From: Aureitalea marina
Lineage (GTDB): Bacteria; Bacteroidota; Bacteroidia; Flavobacteriales; Flavobacteriaceae
NCBI RefSeq assembly: GCF_002943755.1
Contig: NZ_MQUB01000001.1
Coordinates: 2,767,653 to 2,831,652, forward strand
Reading direction: 5' to 3'
Length of the DNA: 64,000 bases
Positions 31,301-40,217 of this stretch are shown here, piece after piece. Position numbers and translations under genes: made by a program. Each line of letters opens with the position of its first letter. Position 1 is the stretch's first letter. The notes beneath the pieces are model-generated. The model was not told the origin of the DNA. It made no database searches and saw only the letters and a program-made list of their open reading frames with translations.

Positions 31301-32701
31301 ATGTTTCCATTTTTGCTACAGTTAGAAGGTCTAGGAGGGCTCGTTGGTACTGCCTTTGCCATACTGTTCGTTTTTATTGTTTTAGTCACCTTTATTCGCC
31401 GATATAAACGATGTCCATCGGATCGTATCCTGGTGGTATATGGTAAAGTGGGTACGGGAGCTTCCGCTAAATGTATTCACGGAGGGGCCTCCTTCATTTG
31501 GCCAGTAGTTCAGGATTACGAATTTCTTGACCTGACCCCGATCTCTATAGAAGTCAACCTGGTCAATGCACTGAGTAAACAGAACATCCGTGTGAACGTA
31601 CCTTCCAGGTTTACCATAGGTATCTCTACGGAACCCGGAGTTATGCAAAATGCTGCCGAGCGTCTGTTAGGACTTGGATTGCAGGAAGTACAAGACCTGG
31701 CCATGGAGATCATCTTCGGGCAATTGCGCCTGGTGGTTGCTTCCATGGATATTGAAGAGATCAACTCGGATAGAGATAAGTTCCTGAGCAACATTTCTCA
31801 CAGTGTAGAAGCCGAATTGAAGAAGGTTGGTCTAAAACTGATCAACGTAAATATTACGGACATCCACGATGAGTCCGGATATATTGAAGCACTCGGAAAA
31901 GAGGCTGCTGCTCATGCCATTAATGAGGCACGTAAATCTGTTGCCGAGAAGAACCGGGATGGTTCCATCGGTGAGGCCAATGCCTTGCAGGACGAACGTA
32001 CCCAGGTGGCTGCCGCTAACGCTAAAGCAGTGGATGGAGAGAACACGGCCCAGATCGACGTGGCCAACTCCAATGCTAACCGAAGACAAAAAGAAGCGGA
32101 AGCCGAGCGTATTGCGATTGCCTCGGAAAAGGTCCAGGCAGCAAAAGCCCTGGAAGAGTCTTATGTAGCAGAGAAAGAGGCGGAATTGACGCGGGCAGAG
32201 CGTGAACGAAGTACGCGTGAGGCGGATATCATTGTACCTGCCGAGATCGACAAGCGGAAGGTTGAGATCGATGCCGAGGCTGAAGCTGAACAGATCCGTC
32301 GCAAGGCAAAAGGGGAGGCAGATGCCATCCTCTTCAAAGCACAGGCTGAGGCCCAGGGGATATTCGAAGTATTGACCAAGCAGGCTGCTGGTCTGGATAA
32401 GATCGTACAGGCCGCGGGTAACAATTCCAAGGATGCAGTACTGCTTCTAATCGCAGATAAACTGCCGGAGCTGGTACAATTGCAAGCAGAAGCCATCAAG
32501 AATATTAAGATCGACAAGGTCACGGTATGGGAGAATGGCAGTACCAAGGACGGAAAGACTTCGACGTCTAACTTTATCTCTGGCATGTACGGAGCCGTTC
32601 CTCCGCTACAGGAGATGTTCAATATGGCCGGTATGCAGTTACCGGAATATTTGAAGGGTAAAGATGTCGCTGAAGAAGTGGATTCTTCAGAAGAAGAATA
32701 G
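31301..32701 (+). CDS. Flotillin-family (SPFH/band-7) protein with a long Glu/Ala-rich coiled coil
   Basis: N-terminal TM, an SPFH domain, and an EA-rich heptad region (AEAERIAIASEKVQAAKALEE...). Confidence 0.8.
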   Translation: MFPFLLQLEGLGGLVGTAFAILFVFIVLVTFIRRYKRCPSDRILVVYGKVGTGASAKCIHGGASFIWPVVQDYEFLDLTPISIEVNLVNALSKQNIRVNVPSRFTIGISTEPGVMQNAAERLLGLGLQEVQDLAMEIIFGQLRLVVASMDIEEINSDRDKFLSNISHSVEAELKKVGLKLINVNITDIHDESGYIEALGKEAAAHAINEARKSVAEKNRDGSIGEANALQDERTQVAAANAKAVDGENTAQIDVANSNANRRQKEAEAERIAIASEKVQAAKALEESYVAEKEAELTRAERERSTREADIIVPAEIDKRKVEIDAEAEAEQIRRKAKGEADAILFKAQAEAQGIFEVLTKQAAGLDKIVQAAGNNSKDAVLLLIADKLPELVQLQAEAIKNIKIDKVTVWENGSTKDGKTSTSNFISGMYGAVPPLQEMFNMAGMQLPEYLKGKDVAEEVDSSEEE

Positions 32702-32771
32702 TACATTTGATCATTGATTCTAAGGACAGACCTGTGTAATCATTATGCAGGTCTTTTCAATTCCTATCACC

Positions 32772-33860
32772 ATGACCGAAATCAGACATAACTGGACCAG
32801 AGAAGAAATTTTAGGGGTTTATAATCTTCCGATGATGGAACTCCTTTACAAGGCTGCAAGTGTTCATAGGGAACATCACGATCCGAACCAGGTCCAGGTT
32901 TCTACTTTGCTGTCGATAAAGACAGGTGGATGCCCTGAAGATTGTGGATATTGCCCACAAGCTGCTCGTTATCATACCGATATTGAAGGTAATGACCTGA
33001 TGAGTGTCCAGCACGTAAAGGCCCAGGCACTTAGAGCTAAAGCTTCAGGTAGTTCCAGGGTTTGTATGGGAGCCGCCTGGCGCAACGTGCGGGATGGGGA
33101 AGAATTTGACCAGGTTTTGGAGATGGTCAGAACCATCAACAAGCTGGATATGGAGGTTTGCTGTACTCTGGGGATGATCACAGAGAACCAGGCTCAAAGG
33201 CTGGCTGAGGCCGGTCTCTACGCCTACAACCACAATCTGGACACCTCTGAGGATTATTATACCGATATTATTTCGACCAGAGCTTATCAGGATCGTCTGG
33301 ATACCATTGCCAATGTGAGAAAGACCAACGTTACCGTTTGTAGCGGGGGAATTATTGGAATGGGAGAAGAATTGGACGATCGGGCGGGAATGCTTGTTGC
33401 CCTTTCTACATTGGATCCTCAGCCAGAGTCTGTTCCTATTAACGCCCTTGTCGCTGTAGAGGGCACGCCCTTGGAAGAACAGGAACCTGTTTCCATTTGG
33501 GAGATGATTCGTATGGTGGCTACCACGCGTATCGTTATGCCAAGAACGCAGGTCAGGTTATCGGCCGGAAGAACAGAGATGAGCCAGGAAGGGCAGGCCA
33601 TGTGCTTTTTTGCCGGGGCTAATTCCATCTTTGCTGGAGATAAACTGTTGACCACACCGAATCCGGATGTCAATGAAGACATGAAACTCTTCGAACTTCT
33701 GGGGCTTCAACCTATGAAGCCTTTTGTGAAGAAGGCACAACCGGAGACTGTCGAAGCAGTAGATTCTCAATTCGAATCCTTGGGTGAGAAACCCAAATGG
33801 ACCAGACCTGATCATCAAATTGAACGCAACGAATTGGCCAAGGAGAAATCTTCGAAATAG
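32772..33860 (+). CDS. bioB: Biotin synthase (radical SAM)
   Basis: [10 protein letters not shown] radical-SAM CxxxCxxC motif. Conserved YNHNLDTS block. Confidence 0.9.
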   Translation: MTEIRHNWTREEILGVYNLPMMELLYKAASVHREHHDPNQVQVSTLLSIKTGGCPEDCGYCPQAARYHTDIEGNDLMSVQHVKAQALRAKASGSSRVCMGAAWRNVRDGEEFDQVLEMVRTINKLDMEVCCTLGMITENQAQRLAEAGLYAYNHNLDTSEDYYTDIISTRAYQDRLDTIANVRKTNVTVCSGGIIGMGEELDDRAGMLVALSTLDPQPESVPINALVAVEGTPLEEQEPVSIWEMIRMVATTRIVMPRTQVRLSAGRTEMSQEGQAMCFFAGANSIFAGDKLLTTPNPDVNEDMKLFELLGLQPMKPFVKKAQPETVEAVDSQFESLGEKPKWTRPDHQIERNELAKEKSSK

Positions 33861-33996
33861 TACGTTCTTCCTATTGATCTATTACCGATTTATTTAAGGG
33901 GCTGATGTATTTCTTGTCGGGTAGGTACAATTTTACCTTACAGACTCCGTTCTCTTAAGGACTGCCGAAAATTACTTAACCAATTTTTCAATTACG

Positions 33997-34632
33997 ATGA
34001 TTAAGAAGTTGATTCTTCTGGCAGCCGCTTGTGCCTTCCTTTTTGGTTGTTCCGACGACGACGATAACAGCAACGCAAATTGTCCTAAACCCGGTGAGAT
34101 CGAAGCGACTGAGTTAAACAGTGCCTCGGTCAAGTTCACTTGGGGGATAGGTGACCAGACAGCCTGGCAATACGAATATGGTTTGGCTGGTTTTGGTCTG
34201 GGGACGGGAACAGTAGTAGGAACTTCGGAAACCGAAGCCTTCATCGATGGGCTTGACGCTGCTACAGCCTATGATATTTACCTGAGGACTAATTGCGGAT
34301 CCGACGGCTTCAGCGACTATATACAGTACCAATTTGTAACCACCCAGGCATCTCCAAGTTGTAATGTGCCGACAGACCTGTTCCTTGCTGACCTGGGTAC
34401 CCAGTTCATCGAGATCGGTTGGGCGGAGAACAATGAGACTGCCTGGGAGATCGAATACGGGGAGACCGGATTCGAACTAGGTAGCGGAACAGTTATACCA
34501 ACCTCAGAAAGTACATTCCGCATTGAAGGACTTGAGCCATCCACTACTTATGAGATCTACGTACGTGCCAATTGTGGATCCGAAGGATTTAGTGAATACT
34601 CGGAGGCCCTGGTCATCACGACCAATGGCTAA
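33997..34632 (+). CDS. Lipoprotein made of two tandem fibronectin-type-III-like repeats
   Basis: Lipobox LFGCSDDDD. Two ~95-aa repeats share KFTW/IGW, W(Q/E)(Y/I)EYG, TAYDIYLRTNCGSDGFS / TTYEIYVRANCGSEGFS. Confidence 0.5.
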   Translation: MIKKLILLAAACAFLFGCSDDDDNSNANCPKPGEIEATELNSASVKFTWGIGDQTAWQYEYGLAGFGLGTGTVVGTSETEAFIDGLDAATAYDIYLRTNCGSDGFSDYIQYQFVTTQASPSCNVPTDLFLADLGTQFIEIGWAENNETAWEIEYGETGFELGSGTVIPTSESTFRIEGLEPSTTYEIYVRANCGSEGFSEYSEALVITTNG

Positions 34633-34735
34633 AAGGCTTGTTTAGTTGCTTCAAATCGAAGGGTCGGATGCTGTGCACCGGCCCTTTTTCTTTGGATTAT
34701 TGTATTTTTGATGCTCTTATACTAGCCTTACATCT

Positions 34736-35599
34736 ATGAAGTTAGCCACGATCGATCGGGTTAAGACCATTTCCAAAGAAGACTTTAAAAAGAACTACTT
34801 CAAGCCGCAGCGTCCTGTTATTATCGAGGAATTTATCGAGGATTGGCCGGCCTATTCCAAATGGAACCTGGATTATATGGCCAAGATCGCGGGAGACATT
34901 GAAGTGCCTCTTTACGATGATAGGCCCGTGGATTACAAGGACGGCTTCAATGAGCCTCACGCCAAGATGAAGATGTCGGAGTATGTGGACCTGCTAAAAC
35001 GAGAGCCAACCCGTTATCGAATCTTTTTGTGGAATATCTTGAAGGAGGTTCCGGAATTGCAAAAAGACTTTAGCTTTCCTGACTTTGGTTTGAGGCTAAT
35101 GAAAGGCCTGCCAATGCTCTTCTTTGGAGGAGAGGACAGTTATACCTTTATGCATTACGACATCGATCTGGCCAATATCTTCCACTTTCACTTTCATGGG
35201 AAGAAACAGGTGATCTTATTCGATCAAAAACAAAATGACTATCTCTACAAGATTCCTCATTCACTCATCACCAGGGAAGACATCAACTTTGCCGACCCTG
35301 ACTACGAAAAGTGGCCAGCCCTGAAGAAGGCAAATGGATATATTGGAGAACTGGAACACGGACAGGTTTTGTACATGCCAGAAGGATATTGGCACTATAT
35401 GCGCTATCTCACCCCCGGTTTCTCTATGAGTTTACGAGCAATAGCCCGAAACCCAAAGAATCTGAGCAAGGCTATTTACAACATCTTTGTGATGCGGCAT
35501 TTTGACAATATGATGCGGCGTATGAAAGGACAGGCCTGGATCGATAACAAGAACGAAAAGGCTATAGTCAATACCCATAGAAGGTTAGGAATATCCTAA
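34736..35599 (+). CDS. Cupin-like (JmjC/cupin_8-type) protein
   Basis: WNLDYM, FGGEDSYTFMHYD and HFHGKKQVILFD blocks fit the JmjC cupin-fold pattern. Confidence 0.55.
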   Translation: MKLATIDRVKTISKEDFKKNYFKPQRPVIIEEFIEDWPAYSKWNLDYMAKIAGDIEVPLYDDRPVDYKDGFNEPHAKMKMSEYVDLLKREPTRYRIFLWNILKEVPELQKDFSFPDFGLRLMKGLPMLFFGGEDSYTFMHYDIDLANIFHFHFHGKKQVILFDQKQNDYLYKIPHSLITREDINFADPDYEKWPALKKANGYIGELEHGQVLYMPEGYWHYMRYLTPGFSMSLRAIARNPKNLSKAIYNIFVMRHFDNMMRRMKGQAWIDNKNEKAIVNTHRRLGIS

Positions 35600-35605
35600 T
35601 AGAGA

Positions 35606-36082
35606 CTATCTGCTTAATTCGTCCAATTTCTGGAATATCAGTCCGTTTTCCCAACCTCTGTACTGCATATAATTAAGGAACTTTTGTCTTCTTCGTTGAA
35701 GGCTTGATTCTCTCTTTAGTTGATCCCAACGTTTTTCGGCTAATACGTTAAAGGTTTCCTGGTATTCGGTTTCGGATATCTCCTTGAGAGCCAGTTTAAT
35801 GTTATAGGAAGAGATGCCCCGGAGTTTTAATTCGCGAGTAATACGTTGCCGCCCCCAGTTTTTAATTCTGAACTTGCCACGGGCAAAAGATTGCGCGAAT
35901 CGCGTTTCGTTCAGGTAGTTCTCCTGGATTAGATGTTGGATGATCACCTCACAGGCTGCGGGGATCATGTTCATCTTCCGGAGTTTTTCTTCTACTTCTT
36001 TATGGGATCGGTCCTGGTAGCTGCAGTAGCTTTCCAGGGCTAATTGAGCTTCCTCTACGGTATAGGTCTTTCTGCCTTGCAC
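35606..36082 (-). CDS. recX: RecA regulator RecX
   Basis: 158 aa, three-repeat helical pattern. QDRSHKEVEEKLRK ... YLNETRFAQSFARGK typical of RecX. Confidence 0.7.
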   Translation of the reverse strand: MQGRKTYTVEEAQLALESYCSYQDRSHKEVEEKLRKMNMIPAACEVIIQHLIQENYLNETRFAQSFARGKFRIKNWGRQRITRELKLRGISSYNIKLALKEISETEYQETFNVLAEKRWDQLKRESSLQRRRQKFLNYMQYRGWENGLIFQKLDELSR

Positions 36083-36143
36083 TGCTCGAAAATAGTAAAG
36101 TTAAGGCACAAAAAAACCCCCGACCGAAGGCCGAGGGTTTCTA

Positions 36144-37688
36144 TTATTTGATCTTGTTACCATCTTTATCAAAAAAATGATATTCAAGATAAGTGTAAGC
36201 ATCTCTAGGTTGGATATTAACCCATTTCTTGTGTTCTAAGAACCATTTGGTCCTTACAGATGGAAAGCCTTTGGTTAAAAAGGCTGCTATAAAAGGATGC
36301 GTGTTTAATGTGATCTTCTTATAGTCTTTCTGGAGAACGCGTTTCAGCTCTTCGGTGATCTTCTGAACCAGAACGATCGGGGCTTCGATCTCACCGCCCT
36401 CAGGGGCGTTGGGATTCTCTTCCCGGGTCTTGATGTTCATCTCCGGTCTTACCCGTTGTCTGGTGATCTGAATCAACCCGAATTTACTCGGTGGCAGGAT
36501 CTTGTGTTTGGCCCGGTCGTCTTTCATCTCTTCCTTTAACTTATTGAAGAGTGCTCGACGATTTTCGGCCCGGTTCATATCGATAAAATCGATCACAATG
36601 ATACCTCCCATATCCCGGAGTCTTAGCTGACGAGCCACTTCCTTGGCTGCAATCAGGTTGACCTCCAGGGCGGTCTCTTCCTGGTTCTTGGATTTAGCAC
36701 TTCGGTTACCACTATTCACGTCAATGACGTGCATGGCTTCGGTATGCTCAATTACCAGGTAGGTTCCTTTTGTACTTGAAACGGTTTTCCCAAATGAAGT
36801 CTTGATCTGGCGCTCGATCCCAAATTTCTCGAAGATGGGAACTTTACCATTATACAACTTCACGATATTCTCTTTCTTGGGCGCAATTTCTTGCACGTAA
36901 TCTTTGATCTGCAAATAGAGATTTTCGTCATCCAGGTGGATGGCCGCAAAATCGTCGGTCATCACATCTCGAATGATAGAGGCACCTCTATTGAGTTCAC
37001 TTAGCACCTTACTTGGGTGGTGCGCCCCTCGTAGCTTTTTACACATCGCTTGCCAGCGATCTTTGAGATTTTGTAAATCTCTGTCCAGTTCTGCTACTTT
37101 TTTGCCCTCGGCAACAGTTCTGATAATTACGCCAAATCCCTTAGGTTTTATACTCGTGATCAGTCGTTTGAGTCGTTGCTTCTCCTCCTTGGATTCGATC
37201 TTTTGCGAGACCGAAACCCGATCGGAGAAAGGAACTAATACGATATATCTTCCGGCTATTGAAAGCTCGGAACTGATACGAGGTCCTTTTGTAGAGATAG
37301 GTTCTTTAACAATCTGTACCAATATGGATTGATTGGACTTGACAGCTTGATTGATGCCGCCATTCTTATCAATCTCCTTTTCGAAAGGGAAATCCTTTAA
37401 AGAATACTCCTTTAATTTACCTGTGCTTACACCTTTGACGAATTTCAACAAAGATTTCACTTTCGGTCCGAGGTCATGATAATGCAGGAAGGCATCTTTT
37501 TCATAACCAACATTGACAAAAGCGGCGTTGAGTCCGGGAACGGTCTTTCGGATCTTGGCTAAGAATATGTCGCCTACCGAAAATCGGTTACCGTCTTCCT
37601 CCTTGTGTAATTCGACTAGTTTTCCATCTTTTAATAGGGCAAAATCAACTTCTTGTGAACTGGATCTTACGAATAGTTCGTAGCTCAC
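36144..37688 (-). CDS. rng: Ribonuclease E/G family endoribonuclease (RNase G-like, 514 aa)
   Basis: S1 domain N-terminus, DNase-I-like and Zn-link regions, 514 aa. Confidence 0.85.
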   Translation of the reverse strand: MSYELFVRSSSQEVDFALLKDGKLVELHKEEDGNRFSVGDIFLAKIRKTVPGLNAAFVNVGYEKDAFLHYHDLGPKVKSLLKFVKGVSTGKLKEYSLKDFPFEKEIDKNGGINQAVKSNQSILVQIVKEPISTKGPRISSELSIAGRYIVLVPFSDRVSVSQKIESKEEKQRLKRLITSIKPKGFGVIIRTVAEGKKVAELDRDLQNLKDRWQAMCKKLRGAHHPSKVLSELNRGASIIRDVMTDDFAAIHLDDENLYLQIKDYVQEIAPKKENIVKLYNGKVPIFEKFGIERQIKTSFGKTVSSTKGTYLVIEHTEAMHVIDVNSGNRSAKSKNQEETALEVNLIAAKEVARQLRLRDMGGIIVIDFIDMNRAENRRALFNKLKEEMKDDRAKHKILPPSKFGLIQITRQRVRPEMNIKTREENPNAPEGGEIEAPIVLVQKITEELKRVLQKDYKKITLNTHPFIAAFLTKGFPSVRTKWFLEHKKWVNIQPRDAYTYLEYHFFDKDGNKIK

Positions 37689-37870
37689 TTTTCATTAATT
37701 TTTATCCGACCGTATCAATTAATCATAAATCGATGCGGAACGCGGATGGATTAAACAATATTTTATCACAGGTGGTTTACCTGTAGAATTGGTTCTCTGC
37801 ACAATGCAGGGACCCTATTCTTTTTCAAAGAACTTTACTTAAATAAATTCAAAAAAAAAGTAGTTAAGAA

Positions 37871-37960
37871 CTACTTTTTCTTGTGACGATTAGCGCGTCT
37901 ACGTTTTTTACGCTTGTGGGTTGCTACCTTATGTCTTTTACGTTTTTTACCACTCGGCAT
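37871..37960 (-). CDS. 29-aa extremely basic peptide (MPSGKKRKRHKVATHKRKKRRRANRHKKK) immediately downstream of hup, with its own terminator hairpin overlapping the stop
   Basis: ATG start 40 nt after the HU stop. 19 of 29 residues are K/R/H. A GTAGTT-CTTAA-CTAC hairpin plus T9 on the minus strand overlaps the TAG stop. Not in the >=60-aa ORF track. Confidence 0.4.
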   Translation of the reverse strand: MPSGKKRKRHKVATHKRKKRRRANRHKKK

Positions 37961-38000
37961 GTCGCGTACATTAATTGTGTCCCGTGGAGAGACGTTAGTA

Positions 38001-38291
38001 TTATTTTACCTCCACATTCGCTTTAACACCTTCCAAGAATACTTTGGCAGGCTTAAAGGCTGGAATGTTGTGAGCAGGAATTTTGATCGTTGTGTTCTTA
38101 GAGATGTTGCGTCCGGTTTTCTCGGCTCTTTTCTTGATAATGAAACTACCAAAACCTCTTAAGTAAACATTGTCTCCTGATTCCAAAGAAGTCTTTACCT
38201 CATTCATGAAGGATTCTACAGTTGCCTGTACATCTCCTTTTTCCATTCCCAGTTTTTCCGAAATCTTAGCTACAATATCAGCTTTAGTCAT
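38001..38291 (-). CDS. hup: HU-family DNA-binding protein
   Basis: 96 aa. MTKADIVAKISEK...RGFGSF...RNP-like arm typical of HU/IHF. Confidence 0.9.
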   Translation of the reverse strand: MTKADIVAKISEKLGMEKGDVQATVESFMNEVKTSLESGDNVYLRGFGSFIIKKRAEKTGRNISKNTTIKIPAHNIPAFKPAKVFLEGVKANVEVK

Positions 38292-38355
38292 TTTGTTTGT
38301 GTTTAATTAATAAATCTATTCTATCTATCAATTTGGTTTAGTAGTTTATAGGCGG

Positions 38356-38363
38356 GCAAATAT
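38356..38363 (-). promoter_or_regulatory. Candidate -7 box (TATATTTG on the minus strand) ~65 nt upstream of hup
   Basis: CAAATATA on the plus strand equals TATATTTG on the minus strand. Confidence 0.3.
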
Positions 38364-38422
38364 AAGGAAATAATACTCATATTATCAAATTGTGAAATGT
38401 TTAATTCTCACAACAATAGCCC

Positions 38423-38430
38423 TACTTTTG
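38423..38430 (+). promoter_or_regulatory. Candidate -7 box TACTTTTG ending 5 nt before the mutY ATG (would give a leaderless mRNA)
   Basis: Motif match only. Confidence 0.25.
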
Positions 38431-38434
38431 ATTC

Positions 38435-39502
38435 ATGAAAGAGAAGGATAGTCAATTTTCTAATAGCCTAATTGCGTGGTATTTAGAAAATGCACGAATA
38501 CTACCTTGGAGATCGACAAGGGATCCTTATTTGGTCTGGCTATCCGAAATTATCCTACAACAGACCCGGGTGGATCAGGGGATGCCTTATTACAATCGAT
38601 TTTCACAAGCCTTCCCAACAGTTCATCACCTGGCCGATGCATCGGAAGAAACAGTGTTCAAATTGTGGCAGGGGCTAGGTTATTATTCAAGGGCCAGGAA
38701 CCTGCATTTTACGGCCAAATATGTAAGCAATGAGCTGGACGGAGTATTTCCGACCTCTTATTCTGAATTGATCAAATTGAAGGGAGTTGGGGACTATACG
38801 GCTTCTGCCATAGCCTCCATTTGCAGTGACGAAGCCCAAGCGGTTGTAGACGGGAATGTTTACAGAGTTCTCTCCAGAGTCTTCGGACTGGATACACCAA
38901 TTGATACAACTCTGGGAAAGCGTCAATTCCGAGAATTGGCTCAGCAACTGATCGATCCTAAACAACCAGGTACGTATAACCAGGCGATCATGGAGTTTGG
39001 GGCTCGTTACTGTGTACCCCGAAATCCGACTTGTGAAGGATGTATTTTCCAATCTAAATGTGTGGGATATAAATTGGGAAAGGTAGGGGAGTTACCTGTC
39101 AAAAAGGGCAAAACAAAGGTTAGGCCGGTTTATCACAATTATCTGGTGGTCACCTCAGAGGATGGTAAGACTTTGTTGGAAAAGAGAGAAGGTCGGGGGA
39201 TATGGCAGGGTCTCTACCAATTTCCAATGACAGAATCAGATCAGCCCATTGGTTCGGCCTTACCCGATACTGTATTGGAACTCTATCAGAGCAAGTACGG
39301 ATTGAGGTCGGTTATTAGGTATAAGGAAGAGCCGGTTATACATTTGCTATCCCACCGAAAGATATATGCTCATTTCTGGATATTACAAACGGAAGAGTTG
39401 AAAAAGGAAGGTGTAGATTACAGCAGAATAGAGGAGTTCGCGGTACCCGTTCTTCTTGATAACTTTATCCGCGAGTTTCCTGTCTTTGCATCTGGAAAAT
39501 AG
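38435..39502 (+). CDS. mutY: A/G-specific adenine DNA glycosylase
   Basis: HhH-GPD domain. [4Fe-4S] cluster Cys motif (CVPRNPTCEGCIFQSKC). C-terminal NUDIX-like domain. 355 aa. Confidence 0.9.
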   Translation: MKEKDSQFSNSLIAWYLENARILPWRSTRDPYLVWLSEIILQQTRVDQGMPYYNRFSQAFPTVHHLADASEETVFKLWQGLGYYSRARNLHFTAKYVSNELDGVFPTSYSELIKLKGVGDYTASAIASICSDEAQAVVDGNVYRVLSRVFGLDTPIDTTLGKRQFRELAQQLIDPKQPGTYNQAIMEFGARYCVPRNPTCEGCIFQSKCVGYKLGKVGELPVKKGKTKVRPVYHNYLVVTSEDGKTLLEKREGRGIWQGLYQFPMTESDQPIGSALPDTVLELYQSKYGLRSVIRYKEEPVIHLLSHRKIYAHFWILQTEELKKEGVDYSRIEEFAVPVLLDNFIREFPVFASGK

Positions 39503-39740
39503 TATATTTATTTTTCAATCCATGACTGAGTGACATTTCATGAATTGGAATCTACAATTCCAAAAATGAAGGAAGTAGGTCGCAGTTTTTATTTGAGGCA
39601 AGGTGCATATTGGCTATCTTGTTTTGGGCGGGGAAGGAAACCCCAAGGTATGAAGTTCAGAAGATCACTACTATTGAGATCCTTGGGATGACATCAATAA
39701 AATCAATAACTTAACTATCCCATTACATAAATAACTCAAA

Positions 39741-40196
39741 ATGAACGGAACATTGAATAAAGTAATGCTGATTGGGCATACCGGAGATGAAGTAAAAATG
39801 CATTATTTCGAAGGTGGTGGAAGTGTTGGACGTTTTCCGTTGGCAACAAATGAGACCTATACCAATCGCACAACAGGCGAACGGGTCACCAATACAGAGT
39901 GGCATAATGTTGTAGTCCGCAACAAAGCGGCAGAGATCTGCGAGAAATACCTGCACAAAGGTGATAAGGTCTATATCGAAGGACGAATTAAGACTCGCAA
40001 GTGGCAGGACGATCAAGGCAACGAACGATACAGTACCGAGATCCAGTGTACGGATTTCACCTTCCTCACTCCGAAAGGAGAAGGAATGGAAACTGGTGTT
40101 GGGCATTCCCAGGCGGTCAATCGGCCAGCGCAAACTCAGCCTGCCTCATCTGCAGCCGCTCAGCCAGCTGTGGAAGACGACGATCTCCCATTCTGA
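39741..40196 (+). CDS. ssb: Single-stranded DNA-binding protein
   Basis: OB-fold N-terminus, Gln/Pro/Ala-rich linker, acidic C-terminal tip DDDLPF. Confidence 0.9.
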   Translation: MNGTLNKVMLIGHTGDEVKMHYFEGGGSVGRFPLATNETYTNRTTGERVTNTEWHNVVVRNKAAEICEKYLHKGDKVYIEGRIKTRKWQDDQGNERYSTEIQCTDFTFLTPKGEGMETGVGHSQAVNRPAQTQPASSAAAQPAVEDDDLPF

Positions 40197-40217
40197 TGTT
40201 GAACTTAGTGTTGAATT

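Noticed and set aside
32161-32706. 181-aa Ser/Ala-rich minus-strand ORF
   Set aside because: Mirror image of the flotillin Glu/Ala-rich coiled-coil region (GCn/GAG codon repeats read on the opposite strand). A low-complexity artefact.
36083-36143. Possible terminator hairpin (AAAAAAACCCCCGACCGAAGGCCGAGGGTTT) between rng and recX
   Set aside because: The stem needs several G.U or mismatched pairs. It is plausible as a minus-strand terminator after rng, but not clean enough to call.
36940-37332. 130-aa plus-strand ORF
   Set aside because: Antisense to the RNase E/G gene.
39723-40133. 136-aa ORF on the minus strand overlapping ssb
   Set aside because: Entirely antisense to a highly conserved SSB coding region, with no signal, motif or start context of its own. 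A typical shadow ORF.
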